Shown in pieces: positions 16,417 to 26,063 of a DNA stretch of 64,000 nt (positions within the stretch are counted from its first letter, which is position 1; the number at the start of each line of letters is the position of its first letter). Under the pieces are notes generated by a model, which searched no databases, had not been told where the DNA came from, and saw only the letters and a program-made list of their open reading frames with translations. Location: positions 1 to 64,000 of the IMG/VR virus record IMGVR_UViG_3300042890_001842, one strand, 5' to 3'. The position numbers and the translations under genes were made by a program. This DNA comes from a virus.

Positions 16417-16733
16417 TCCTGAATCTCCTTGATCATCACGTGTTTAGGCTTTGCTCCAATAACTCTTTTTACTGGTTCACCATTTTTAAATAAAATAGTG
16501 GTAGGTAAGCTTGTTACTTCATACTGCAAAGTCTTTTTTGGATTTTCATCCACATTTATCTTACCAAGCCAAACACCAGTTTCAACAGAAACTTCTTCTA
16601 TAACTGGGCTAAACATTTTGCATGGCCTGCACCATTCAGCCCAAAAGTCTATCATAATAATCTTATGACTTGATATTACTTCTGAGAAGTTTTCGTCTGT
16701 TACTATCACAATGCCTCCACATGAGTTGGCCAA
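16407..16733 (-). CDS. trxA: thioredoxin
   Basis: DFWAEWCRPC active site; exact start uncertain. Confidence 0.9.
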   Translation of the reverse strand: MANSCGGIVIVTDENFSEVISSHKIIMIDFWAEWCRPCKMFSPVIEEVSVETGVWLGKINVDENPKKTLQYEVTSLPTTILFKNGEPVKRVIGAKPKHVMIKEIQEWI

Positions 16734-17182
16734 TAGTAGTTACACTGCTCACAGCATGTATAACCAATCTCTTTATAATCTGCAAAATCACTATAAAACC
16801 AATAGTGATCAGGATCCTTTTCAAACAATCTACCCTTGTGAGTATAATGAACCTGCTCTTCTCCAAGCCACCACGGTTTATTTGACTCAAGTCCTAGGAA
16901 GTTTTCTTTATATATCTCATCAAATTGGATGTGCGTGGTATTCTTATATCCACGTAGAACTATATCCCTTATGATGGATTCATTGTACAGGAACAACCAA
17001 TCTTCATGTCCCCGCCACATTTTAACTGCTGGATGATTCTTCCATGCACCTGTTTCGTACATGCCAGCCAATGATTTTAGAATTTGTAGGTTCTCAACGC
17101 TCTGCTTAATCAAACGCTTTCGGTCAAGATTTTTAGCTGTAATATTAAAGTCTGCTTCTGGTAGAAATGTTTGCATTGTCAT
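16706..17182 (-). CDS. MSMEG_6728 / pyrimidine-dimer glycosylase-like protein
   Basis: MQTFLP..F...LD.KRL.KQ.VE.LQI; W.NHPAV.MW.G. Confidence 0.8.
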   Translation of the reverse strand: MTMQTFLPEADFNITAKNLDRKRLIKQSVENLQILKSLAGMYETGAWKNHPAVKMWRGHEDWLFLYNESIIRDIVLRGYKNTTHIQFDEIYKENFLGLESNKPWWLGEEQVHYTHKGRLFEKDPDHYWFYSDFADYKEIGYTCCEQCNYYWPTHVEAL

Positions 17183-17215
17183 ATTCTACTAAATTGATGA
17201 CTGGGAGTCAATAGG

Positions 17216-17425
17216 CTAGTTGTCTTTTAATTCTTCAGCAGCAGCGTTAAATTTTTCCATAAACTTCTGAATAACGAAGAACGATGTCTCTCCTGCATTT
17301 TTTGACATGGCACGGAATGCCATTTCATTCTTTTCTTCTTCAGGCATAGCTTTAATCCAATGGTTATAAAGATCTACTGAAATCTCTTCTATGATTGATT
17401 CAAGTATAGTTAATTGTTTAGTCAT
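17216..17425 (-). CDS. hypothetical protein
   Basis: ORF; likely start MTKQL. Confidence 0.6.
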   Translation of the reverse strand: MTKQLTILESIIEEISVDLYNHWIKAMPEEEKNEMAFRAMSKNAGETSFFVIQKFMEKFNAAAEELKDN

Positions 17426-17624
17426 TATTATCCGCCTTTTTTTGATACCACTTGCCAGCATCTAAATTAATTTCTGAGGCTGCTTTGCTAAGGTCTTCTC
17501 TTTCTAGCATTAAAGAAAGTGACATTGAGAGGTATTGAACCTCATATGACAACCTAACCATTTCTAACTCAAGAAGTCTAAGTCTTTCAGATTTACGCAA
17601 TTTAGTATTCGCCCTTCGTATCAA
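17418..17624 (-). CDS. hypothetical protein
   Basis: ORF; start uncertain. Confidence 0.5.
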   Translation of the reverse strand: MIRRANTKLRKSERLRLLELEMVRLSYEVQYLSMSLSLMLEREDLSKAASEINLDAGKWYQKKADNND

Positions 17625-17949
17625 TAGGAGTTGGGGCAGTGGCTAAACTTCCACAACTTGAGCATTCCATATCAAGAAAATATGTTGCTATTTCAAAATT
17701 ATCAAAAATAACTTTTACATTAAAAATATTACATCCACATGGACATATGTGCGTTGGTGTTCCACGAAGATCCATTGACTTGTCATAGTTTTTTGGTTTA
17801 AGGTCAACTATGTTTTTTGAGCCCTCTTCTTCATCATCTTCATATTCATCATTGATAACAAGGATTCTATTTCTTTCAAGTAGATCTTTGGCTACTCCTA
17901 AAGTAAGTAATCCAAACATGAGAGCAGAAAGACGTGAAAACCATTTCAT
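17602..17949 (-). CDS. membrane-anchored Zn-ribbon protein
   Basis: N-terminal hydrophobic segment; HICPCGC...CSSCG. Confidence 0.7.
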   Translation of the reverse strand: MKWFSRLSALMFGLLTLGVAKDLLERNRILVINDEYEDDEEEGSKNIVDLKPKNYDKSMDLRGTPTHICPCGCNIFNVKVIFDNFEIATYFLDMECSSCGSLATAPTPIDTKGEY

Positions 17950-17963
17950 AAACTTATTATACT

Positions 17964-18530
17964 CTACACTTCTATTATTGTAAAGGGGCCTCTTACGCTC
18001 ATTATGAACTTGGCCGAAGCTTCTAGGGCTGTTTTAACACGAGTTCTTGGTGTCTTTATATTCTTTGTTGAAAAAAGTGATCCAAGTGCTACTTGCTGTC
18101 CGCTTCCTTCTGCAAGATAATCGACATCAGCCTCTGCAATATGAAAGTCGTAGTCCATTGTAAATATTCTACCAGTTCCAGCAACTGCTATTAAGAATAC
18201 TCCGCCTTCATCACCCTCATCTGTTGCTGTGCCAAATTTTCCGTAACCGTTTTCTTGAAATGTTTGCTTAATTGATTCTACAAACTTTGTACGCATAAAC
18301 TTATCTAAGTTTTTAAAACCAGCAGTTGGTTTGTATACTGGTGGTACCCATATGTACTGCAAGATCTGACCCATTCTAAATGAGTCAGTAAATCCTATTC
18401 CGTATTGACCAACCTTAAATACTTTTGGTGCAGTTATTTGTAATATGAGTCCGCTTTTTTCATCTGATGCTGCAGAGTCTCCACCAAGAAAGACTTTGTT
18501 TCCAGCAGATAAAGCAACTATACATGTCAT
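17964..18530 (-). CDS. HslV/proteasome-beta-like Ntn peptidase
   Basis: N-terminal MTCIV, GDS, K, GSG...ALG. Confidence 0.8.
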   Translation of the reverse strand: MTCIVALSAGNKVFLGGDSAASDEKSGLILQITAPKVFKVGQYGIGFTDSFRMGQILQYIWVPPVYKPTAGFKNLDKFMRTKFVESIKQTFQENGYGKFGTATDEGDEGGVFLIAVAGTGRIFTMDYDFHIAEADVDYLAEGSGQQVALGSLFSTKNIKTPRTRVKTALEASAKFIMSVRGPFTIIEV

Positions 18531-18549
18531 ATAGTCTATTGTACTATTT

Positions 18550-18858
18550 TTAATATTCTGTGTCTATTTCGCTTAATTCAACCATATTTAGCTGGACTAG
18601 GGCATTTTCCAGCTCAGACTTAATTTCAATTAGTTCTTGTATAGCATTATAGTACTTGTCTTTCCACTCAGTAAGCTCTTTTTCTAATCTATATAAATCT
18701 AATTTAAGATCTTTAATTTCTAACTTAAGGTGGTCCTGCTCTCTTTCAGACTGTCTTACCTTTTCTTTCTTACTGTCGTTAATTCCAGAAATTATTGCTG
18801 TTCCCATGCCGCTCAAAATAGCTGCTGCGATTGCCAAAATTACTGCGGTATAATCCAT
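18550..18858 (-). CDS. membrane-anchored coiled-coil protein
   Basis: N-terminal TM segment plus heptads. Confidence 0.7.
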   Translation of the reverse strand: MDYTAVILAIAAAILSGMGTAIISGINDSKKEKVRQSEREQDHLKLEIKDLKLDLYRLEKELTEWKDKYYNAIQELIEIKSELENALVQLNMVELSEIDTEY

Positions 18859-18887
18859 GATAAATTAATTATACCTTATAATGTATC

Positions 18888-19124
18888 CTAAATTAATAAC
18901 TCAGAAGCGGAAATATCTTTACCAATATATCTCCTTTTTATAATAAACTCTTTAACAAATTCAGATCCATGAGATCTTGCTGCTAATACAATAACCCATC
19001 GTGGCTCAAACTTAGAAGTAATGCAAGTCTCGCACATCAATAAGTTGATGGGTAGCAGAGAAGACTTTTTAGCATTTAGCTTATTCTTTGTTTTGTTACA
19101 TGAGTAGCAAAGTATTTTTTCCAT
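18888..19124 (-). CDS. Zn-finger hypothetical protein
   Basis: CYSC...CETC. Confidence 0.65.
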   Translation of the reverse strand: MEKILCYSCNKTKNKLNAKKSSLLPINLLMCETCITSKFEPRWVIVLAARSHGSEFVKEFIIKRRYIGKDISASELLI

Positions 19125-19321
19125 TAATCATTTTCCTCAAAGTGCATTATTGTAATTTCATCTAGTACGATGAAATCTTCATTGTTCATCATTTCTTCAT
19201 ATTCAACATCATCAATTAAGTACCTAACGGTGGAGGTGTATAGACCCATTTGATCTACAGTTCCGTGTATTTTTTCGTTTGGAACATATACTATATATAT
19301 CGTTTCAGGATATTCTATCAC
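19124..19321 (-). CDS. hypothetical protein
   Basis: Coupled ORF. Confidence 0.6.
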   Translation of the reverse strand: MIEYPETIYIVYVPNEKIHGTVDQMGLYTSTVRYLIDDVEYEEMMNNEDFIVLDEITIMHFEEND

Positions 19322-19622
19322 TAGGCTTTCCCTCCAGTTCGCATCTTACTCCGTAGGACTCAATAATCTTCTTTACCATTTCGACATACTCTATAACCTT
19401 CATTTTTGCTGTTCCGTCGTATTGTCTAAAATTATCTTCATACAGTCTAATTGCTATAAATTCTGGATACTGAACAATATTCATCTTGAAATCGTTTACT
19501 GGCTTCTTAAGCTCTCTAATCTTGTTAGCCATCTCTTTATTATAAAATACTGGCTTGTTGGGTTCACCAGTCCATTGATTTATTCCATACTTAAAATGGT
19601 CTTTGTTTTTATCAATAAACAC
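19305..19622 (-). CDS. hypothetical protein
   Basis: ORF in operon. Confidence 0.65.
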   Translation of the reverse strand: MFIDKNKDHFKYGINQWTGEPNKPVFYNKEMANKIRELKKPVNDFKMNIVQYPEFIAIRLYEDNFRQYDGTAKMKVIEYVEMVKKIIESYGVRCELEGKPSDRIS

Positions 19623-19950
19623 CTTTACCCCTTAATCTTTTCCAAACTTCCGTCTCTTTATGTAAATTCTTTGTCTTGTCTATGGAACCAGAAGTTAGAT
19701 AAACTCCACCCCAAACACCATATTCAGAATTATTTACACCAGACTCATAACATATTTTAATGACTGGGCAAGATAGACATGCCTCGTCAATGCTTTTTGA
19801 TATAGTTGAATCTGTTTCATATTTATCATAAAATAAATTAGTATTCATTCCACGACATACGGCCAGATTAAACCAATCAAAATCATCTTTATCTATACCA
19901 AGATCATTTAAAATATTTGACATATTTTTTAGGAAGCTCCCATACTCCAA
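19612..19950 (-). CDS. whiB: WhiB family Fe-S transcription factor
   Basis: W...A.C.G...LF...C.SCPV...C...GVWGG; likely start MSNIL. Confidence 0.9.
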   Translation of the reverse strand: MEYGSFLKNMSNILNDLGIDKDDFDWFNLAVCRGMNTNLFYDKYETDSTISKSIDEACLSCPVIKICYESGVNNSEYGVWGGVYLTSGSIDKTKNLHKETEVWKRLRGKGVY

Positions 19951-20164
19951 TACTGTTTACAGATATTTTTTCTGACATTCCCCAAGAATTGTTTTTAAAT
20001 AAACCTTTAATGCTTGTGTATCCTGATGGATCTTTTTTCCATATAATTAGATCATAGTTCTCCCAGTACGGAGATATGTCTTTTGCTCTCTTGATAAAGA
20101 GATTTACACCTAATTCGTTAAGCTTTAGCATGCCATCCTTAATGACTAAACCGCAGCATCCCAC
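19904..20164 (-). CDS. hypothetical protein
   Basis: ORF; likely start MLKLN. Confidence 0.6.
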   Translation of the reverse strand: MGCCGLVIKDGMLKLNELGVNLFIKRAKDISPYWENYDLIIWKKDPSGYTSIKGLFKNNSWGMSEKISVNSIGVWELPKKYVKYFK

Positions 20165-20205
20165 TACTATAAATTATACAGGAGATACTACGGCTGTGTC
20201 AATGC

Positions 20206-21072
20206 TTATTTGATAAAAGTTCCGTTCCATACGGACTTTTTTACTGGCTCTTCCTTATCCTTTTCATCATAGGACTTTTCAATTGGTACGCAGTTTGGAA
20301 CCATTCTTCCATTCTTATCTTTCATGCCCTCTTGCTTATATCCAGTCCAGCATGCTTTGGTTAGATTATCCCACTTATCCTCTTCTTCGTTATCTGATTC
20401 ATACTCTTCGCCATTTTCATCTTTTGACTTTGTTACTGGCCAATTTACTTCATTTTTCATTGGATCTCCTACTGGAGCTGGGTTTGAAGAATTTGAATCC
20501 TCAACTTCCATTTCTTCAGAATTGGACTCTTCTTCATCCTCTTCCTCTGGAACCTCCAACATTGATTCAATAGCTTCCGTTAAATGCTCAATAATTGCAT
20601 ACATTTGTTCACGTGTTACTTCTGGGCGTAGAGCCTTTGTAATCTCTTCATCATCTGGAATTTCAATTACCTTATCAATTGGATTTACTGCATCATCAAG
20701 GATATCCTTAATTTCATCAAACATTTCTTGTTGTGAGTATGACTTCTTCATATTTTTCTCTCTCTCTACAATTTTTCTTGACCATGAAAATCCTGCATCT
20801 CCACCCCATGCCAACCACATAATCTTTCCGTTGGAAGGACTTTCAGAGTTGTCCCAATCTTTACCTTTTTTATCTACCTCATGGCGAGAAAAATAAGAAT
20901 ACATACGCTTAACTGTAGATAAGCTTAGAGTCTCTCCTCTTGACAACTGACCTGCTCTTGTCCAGCCTACTGCTGTTCCAGCGCCTTTTGCTTTACCCTG
21001 CTCCTTAAGCTTAATAGCTCTACGAGCAGCAGACTGCATTCCTGATGTTGGTTTGTATCCTTCTTTAGCCAT
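20206..21072 (-). CDS. phage head-associated/morphogenesis-like protein
   Basis: AARRA..GTAVG..RA.QL..LS.STVKRM.SYFSRH...W.AWGGD domain and CW.GY...G.K...VPNCVP motif, both typical of phage head-region genes. Confidence 0.65.
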   Translation of the reverse strand: MAKEGYKPTSGMQSAARRAIKLKEQGKAKGAGTAVGWTRAGQLSRGETLSLSTVKRMYSYFSRHEVDKKGKDWDNSESPSNGKIMWLAWGGDAGFSWSRKIVEREKNMKKSYSQQEMFDEIKDILDDAVNPIDKVIEIPDDEEITKALRPEVTREQMYAIIEHLTEAIESMLEVPEEEDEEESNSEEMEVEDSNSSNPAPVGDPMKNEVNWPVTKSKDENGEEYESDNEEEDKWDNLTKACWTGYKQEGMKDKNGRMVPNCVPIEKSYDEKDKEEPVKKSVWNGTFIK

Positions 21073-21220
21073 TTGATTTCTCCTTAACGCTAATTACTTT
21101 AACATTTTTGACTTCATCATCTACGCCAAAAATATCGTTAGCGTAGTCAATAGCATCTTCAGAAGAAAATGCTTCTACTTCAGCATTAATTTCTATCTTG
21201 ACGCTATAAATATTCATTTA

Positions 21221-21820
21221 CTATTTACCGCAGGTTGGGCAAACACCATTAGATGCTACTATTGGCTTAGCTGCTCCTCCAGATTTAAACTTAGGGCGAC
21301 CAAATCCTACAATAGAAACCATTACTCCCGCTTTGTTTTTCTTATAAGCACGTAATTGTTTGCATGTTTCTCCGCCATTTCTTTGGCTTCCCTTTTTATT
21401 TGAAGATGTATTTCCTTCGATACACCAAACTGTTCCATCTTCGTTGTCCTCAATAACAATTCCTACATGAGAAACTCTATCGACGCCATCTGAAGGGAAA
21501 TCAAAATAGGCGATATCTCCTGGCTCTGGATCTGCAATGTCTCCATCGATCCATGCATTAGCTTTTTTAAATGCCGTTACTCCTGCTGGAGTGTAAACTG
21601 TATTTGGAATCTTTACGCCACTTTCGTTCCCAACCCAATTAACGAAACTTCCGCACCATGGTTGGAAGTTAGCTTTTGTATAAGCACCGTACTTTGTTTC
21701 GTTATCTTTAGGACCTTCAATGTATCCTACTTGAGACTTGGCAACTTGAATTAATCTAGCAGCTGTTCCTTTTGGAGCTTTTGCAGATTCTGCTGGAACT
21801 GGAAAGTTATCTGTTGTCAT
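21221..21820 (-). CDS. CHAP-domain endolysin
   Basis: PWCGSFV, PGDI.F, HVGIV, IEGNT. Confidence 0.85.
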   Translation of the reverse strand: MTTDNFPVPAESAKAPKGTAARLIQVAKSQVGYIEGPKDNETKYGAYTKANFQPWCGSFVNWVGNESGVKIPNTVYTPAGVTAFKKANAWIDGDIADPEPGDIAYFDFPSDGVDRVSHVGIVIEDNEDGTVWCIEGNTSSNKKGSQRNGGETCKQLRAYKKNKAGVMVSIVGFGRPKFKSGGAAKPIVASNGVCPTCGK

Positions 21821-22230
21821 TATTCTTTATCCCAATCTGTATCAACTGGTTGTTCTGCTGGCATTGCACCATCTGGCTTTGCTGCCAAACGTGCCTGTGT
21901 TGCATCAATTTCTGCTTCAAGCTTTTTGTCTGCTTGTGTGTTCTTTGCATCCATTTCTTTATTAGCCAACTGTGCTGACATAATATCTTTAGCACCAGAT
22001 TGACCAATCAATAATCCTGCAAGTGTTCCTGTAATAAATGTAGCAACTGATCCAAGAACATTAAAGAACATCTTGTCGTTCTCAGATTGTGCTCCTACTG
22101 GTTGTGTAACAAACAAAAGACCATATAGAATTCCTAGTGATGTGCACAACAAAATTGTTCCAAGTGTAATGCCAAGAATAAACTTTAGTCTAGCATCTAA
22201 GTCTTGTGGTGTTAATTTTTCTTTAGCCAT
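21820..22230 (-). CDS. two-TM membrane protein (holin candidate)
   Basis: Two TM helices; adjacent to endolysin. Confidence 0.6.
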   Translation of the reverse strand: MAKEKLTPQDLDARLKFILGITLGTILLCTSLGILYGLLFVTQPVGAQSENDKMFFNVLGSVATFITGTLAGLLIGQSGAKDIMSAQLANKEMDAKNTQADKKLEAEIDATQARLAAKPDGAMPAEQPVDTDWDKE

Positions 22231-22450
22231 TATTTACCTTTGTCTTTTGGTACTCATCCCATGTCGTTTGTCCTACTAGATCTCTGGAGCATGTACCAGT
22301 TGTTTCGCAAATTGGAGGATTACATTCTTTTAATTCCCAATTTTCTGGATCTTGGCAGGCATAACGAAAGCTTCCATCATAACCACACGATGTAATTGTG
22401 AGGGCTAGCATTAAGCTAGCTAATGAGGCACCTATTTTTCTCATATACAT
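22223..22450 (-). CDS. Cys-rich lipoprotein
   Basis: Lipobox-like ITSC; RYACQDP.NW..C.PP.C..G.C. Confidence 0.7.
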   Translation of the reverse strand: MYMRKIGASLASLMLALTITSCGYDGSFRYACQDPENWELKECNPPICETTGTCSRDLVGQTTWDEYQKTKVNNG

Positions 22451-22460
22451 ATTATATCAT

Positions 22461-22655
22461 TTACTCTTCTTTTCTCAATGGTATGGTTATTAGCCAAATA
22501 GCGGTAGCTACCATGGTAGCTAATCCTACAATTTGCTGTGCCGTTCCAGTAAGAGTTAGCCAGGCAATAAAAAATCCAAGAAGTGTCCAAACCTGTGCAA
22601 TACTTTCTTTTACTGCCTCCCAGATCCAATTTAAGAATCCTTTAATTATCTTCAT
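22461..22655 (-). CDS. small two-TM membrane protein
   Basis: Hydrophobic ORF. Confidence 0.65.
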   Translation of the reverse strand: MKIIKGFLNWIWEAVKESIAQVWTLLGFFIAWLTLTGTAQQIVGLATMVATAIWLITIPLRKEE

Positions 22656-24700
22656 TATATCCTCCTAGTCATGGCTGCTGCCACAATATTTCCTGCAATT
22701 ATCACTGGAATTACTACTTCCTGTGCTTTTTCTCTTTGATCATCTGTCATATCTTTACCCCACTCTGATGGGCTAAATACTTTTTCAAAGTCTATATCCA
22801 ATATAGCGCCTATTGGATCTGCCAAAAATGCCTCTGTTTGTACCTCTGTAGTGGCATCTGCTAATGTGTAAGGCATGGTTGCTCCTTCGGAAGCTGCCTC
22901 TCTGTCTTTAAATTCCACAAATGCAGTTGCTAATTCGGGATTAGATTTCATTGCTTCTGCAATTACTGCGACCTCAGATGACTTAATTCCAAGATCTTCT
23001 GCAACTTCAGCCTTTGCTTCATTTGTTAGTGCACTTAATGTTTGACTAACTGCAGCAATTTGTTCTTTAGAAAGTACAACTAGTTTATTATCTTTGCTTG
23101 TTAGATTAGCTATAACTCCAGAAAGATCTTCTGAAGTTCCCTCGCCTTTTTCTGGGATAAGTGCTGCTAATTCTTCATCTTTAATCTCAACATTGTCGGT
23201 TGGTTCTGGTGTTGGCTCAACCACTGGCTCTTCAGTTGGCTCTGGTTCTGGTGTTGGGTCTACAGTAGGTTCAGGTGTAGGTTCAGGTGTAGGTTCGGGT
23301 GTAGGATCTTCTGTAGGCTCTTCTGTAGGCTCAGGAGTTGGTTCTTCTGTTGGCTCTTCAGTTGGCTCTGGGCTTGGTTCAGGTGAAGGCTCAGGACTTG
23401 GGTCCTCAGTTGGTTCTGGATCTGGTGTGGTGTCAGGGGAAGGTTCTGGTGTTGGTTCTGGTGTTGGTTGATTTGCTGCTGCTTGTGCTAAAGCACTAGC
23501 TATCTCTCTGGCCTTTTGTTCTTCATAGTAACGCCATGCGTTATCAATAGAACTATTTAAATCACTAATAGATTGATCGTATGTAGTTTGTGAATTTATT
23601 TTATTTTCATTTGCATGTGTAAGGTTTTGATTTGCAAGTGTGAGGTTTTGATTTGCAAGTGTGAGGTTTGATTGTGAGGTTTGTAAGACTTGAAGTTCTT
23701 GATTATAAATAAATAGTTTATCGTTATAAACTTCTTGTGCTGATTGCTGTGAAGCTACAGCAATATTATAAGCATTAATTTGCTCTTGAGTTGCTCCAGA
23801 TCCAGAAGAAAATGTATTAAGATCACAGCTAAATCCTACACCCCATCCACCAGTATAATCACATCCAGCGCCAGTCCAACCTCCAGGAATTGCCCATCCA
23901 AGATGATATGAACCTGGACCTCCGCCGTTGTACCACCATATTTCTACATTTAAAGTTTTATTTTGACTAACATCATATATTGGAGAAAATGGACTCCAAG
24001 TAGCTCCTTGCTCACGCCAGTTATTTACTGCAAGATTTCCATCTACATACATTTTAAAACCATCATCTGTATATCCTGCAAAATATGTAGATGTCCAATG
24101 TGATGGTACTGTAATTCGTCCAGTAAATTTAACTATAATATTTTCATACCTATTTCCACAAACTGGAAGCTGCATAGAATTTGAATTCCATGTGCCACTA
24201 CATAAAACTTCATCTGGAGTAGCGCCAGCCTGCGTTCTAACTAAGCTATATACAGTATATTGAAGTCCTTCACCACCAGCACTTTGAATATTATATTGTG
24301 CTGTTTGAAGGTTTATATTTGCTATACCAAGGGCATCCTGAGCATTATTTTTATTAGTTAAAGCTAAATCTACTGTGACAGTTTGTCCATCTACTGTTGA
24401 TTGTGCTAAATTCTTTTGTGCTAAAGCTTCTGTTTCTGCTTCCACCGCATCATCGTATGCAATTGAGGCGCTATCCCTTAATTCTTTTGCAGCAACAGTT
24501 GCTTCATATTTATTTTCCGCAATATCTATTAAGGATATAAAATCGTCCTTATAATTTAAATTGTCTACACTATTGTTTAATTTTTGTATTTCTTGAGCAG
24601 CTAAGCTTAATGGATCATCGCTATGTGCTGGGGTTATGAAAAGCCAACCAAAGCCTAAAATAGCTGTTAGCGTTAATCTCCATGCTTTAGTCCTAGTCAA
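22655..24700 (-). CDS. surface protein: signal peptide, PA14-like domain, Pro/Glu/Thr stalk, C-terminal anchor
   Basis: FTG.I.VP...TDDGF..YVDG...NNW.EQ...WYNGGG. Confidence 0.8.
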   Translation of the reverse strand: MTRTKAWRLTLTAILGFGWLFITPAHSDDPLSLAAQEIQKLNNSVDNLNYKDDFISLIDIAENKYEATVAAKELRDSASIAYDDAVEAETEALAQKNLAQSTVDGQTVTVDLALTNKNNAQDALGIANINLQTAQYNIQSAGGEGLQYTVYSLVRTQAGATPDEVLCSGTWNSNSMQLPVCGNRYENIIVKFTGRITVPSHWTSTYFAGYTDDGFKMYVDGNLAVNNWREQGATWSPFSPIYDVSQNKTLNVEIWWYNGGGPGSYHLGWAIPGGWTGAGCDYTGGWGVGFSCDLNTFSSGSGATQEQINAYNIAVASQQSAQEVYNDKLFIYNQELQVLQTSQSNLTLANQNLTLANQNLTHANENKINSQTTYDQSISDLNSSIDNAWRYYEEQKAREIASALAQAAANQPTPEPTPEPSPDTTPDPEPTEDPSPEPSPEPSPEPTEEPTEEPTPEPTEEPTEDPTPEPTPEPTPEPTVDPTPEPEPTEEPVVEPTPEPTDNVEIKDEELAALIPEKGEGTSEDLSGVIANLTSKDNKLVVLSKEQIAAVSQTLSALTNEAKAEVAEDLGIKSSEVAVIAEAMKSNPELATAFVEFKDREAASEGATMPYTLADATTEVQTEAFLADPIGAILDIDFEKVFSPSEWGKDMTDDQREKAQEVVIPVIIAGNIVAAAMTRRI
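23198..23468 (-). repeat. PEPT/EEPT low-complexity coding repeat
   Basis: Visible roughly 12-bp periodicity. Confidence 0.85.
23622..23670 (-). repeat. 21-bp tandem coding repeat (NLTLANQ)
   Basis: ggttttgatttgcaagtgtga twice plus a partial copy. Confidence 0.8.
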
Positions 24701-24751
24701 CTATAACTCCTAAACAAACAGTTTGTTTACTTAGTTAATTATAACATGAAA

Positions 24752-25798
24752 CTATTTAGAACCTATTTCGCTAATCTTAGCTTTAGAAAACTTAAGCATT
24801 TTTGCACCTAGCGGAGAGTATCCTAAGTCTGCTGCTTTTTTGCCACAAGTATTTGCCATATAATCAAAAAACTTTTTTACAGATTCGTTATGTAAAGATT
24901 TTTCTTTGGACGCTATGCCATATGTAAATGTAGATATGGGATAAGCAAGCTTGTTAACAGTCTTATAGTTTACTTTAACTATACCCTTTTCGTCCATTGA
25001 AAAATCGCTTAAGAATACTGATGCTGCAGAAACTGTAGGCTGCATGTACCTTCCAGATTCATTTTGTATTGATGCCATTTTAAGGCCTCTTGCATATGAT
25101 ATTTCGTTATATCCAATAGAACCATTTGTTTGCGTCAAAACCATAGCCACTCCGTAGGATCCAGAAGCACTCATCATAAATGGATTACTACTTATTGATC
25201 CAGGAAATGATGAAGAGAAGTTTTTGTTGCCAGCCTTTGCCCATATACTTGGGGCAACGACATTTAAATAAGATGTAAATACTTCTGATGTTCCAGATCC
25301 ATCTACCCTGTAAGCAACTCTTATTGGGGTAGAAGGTATTTTAGGTTCTTTACCACCAATTAAATTTTCTTTTAAAATTTGAGGGTCATTCCATTTTGTT
25401 ATTTTTCCAGAAAATATTTTGGCCAATGTATCTGTACTCATCTTTATAGTTACTTTATATCCGTCTAGTCTATAAATTATTCCTATTGGACCAGCAACCA
25501 AAGGAACGTAAACAAATTCTTTTGTTGGTCTAACTTCTGATCCAGAGTACGGGACATCTGACATTGCAAAATTTGCTATACCATTTGAAAACATATTTTT
25601 TCCAGCTCCAGAACCATTTGGAGAATATGTTACAGAATCTCCACCAGACTTTACAAACTCAACTCTACATCTATCTATAAAGTTGGCAGCAAAAGTAGAT
25701 CCAGATCCAGTAATAGGTTCTGCGTTTGATGTGTTAATTAAAAAAACATTAGACAATAAGACTAATGTTGCTGTGACTACAATCAGTTTTAGTTTCAT
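24752..25798 (-). CDS. pstS: phosphate ABC transporter substrate-binding protein
   Basis: GSGSTF, GSGAG, FAMSD, IFSGKITKWNDP, R.DGSGTS, YPI. Confidence 0.95.
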   Translation of the reverse strand: MKLKLIVVTATLVLLSNVFLINTSNAEPITGSGSTFAANFIDRCRVEFVKSGGDSVTYSPNGSGAGKNMFSNGIANFAMSDVPYSGSEVRPTKEFVYVPLVAGPIGIIYRLDGYKVTIKMSTDTLAKIFSGKITKWNDPQILKENLIGGKEPKIPSTPIRVAYRVDGSGTSEVFTSYLNVVAPSIWAKAGNKNFSSSFPGSISSNPFMMSASGSYGVAMVLTQTNGSIGYNEISYARGLKMASIQNESGRYMQPTVSAASVFLSDFSMDEKGIVKVNYKTVNKLAYPISTFTYGIASKEKSLHNESVKKFFDYMANTCGKKAADLGYSPLGAKMLKFSKAKISEIGSK

Positions 25799-25837
25799 AT
25801 ATCAATAATACATCACATAATACTAAAATCATATATA

Positions 25838-25870
25838 AAATGGTTAACTAAGAATTAAATGCAAGTGAAC
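25838..25870 (-). promoter_or_regulatory. PHO-box-like 11-bp direct repeats
   Basis: GTTCACttgca / TTTAATtctta / GTTAACcattt upstream of pstS. Confidence 0.55.
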
Positions 25871-25874
25871 TTTA

Positions 25875-26063
25875 TTATTTAGGATTATCAGTTTTATAAA
25901 ATCCGTTACCTTTAAATTGTATACCAAATGATGTGAAATGTCTTACCATATCTGATTCACATTCGACGCATGTGTAACCTGGGTCCTCATCTGTTATAGG
26001 TCTGTGCACTGACATTGTTGCGTGTGCATCATCGTATGAGCATTTGTATTCGTATACTGGCAT
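25875..26063 (-). CDS. FmdB-family Zn-ribbon protein
   Basis: MP.YEYKC...C..C...FKG.GFY.TD. Confidence 0.85.
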   Translation of the reverse strand: MPVYEYKCSYDDAHATMSVHRPITDEDPGYTCVECESDMVRHFTSFGIQFKGNGFYKTDNPK

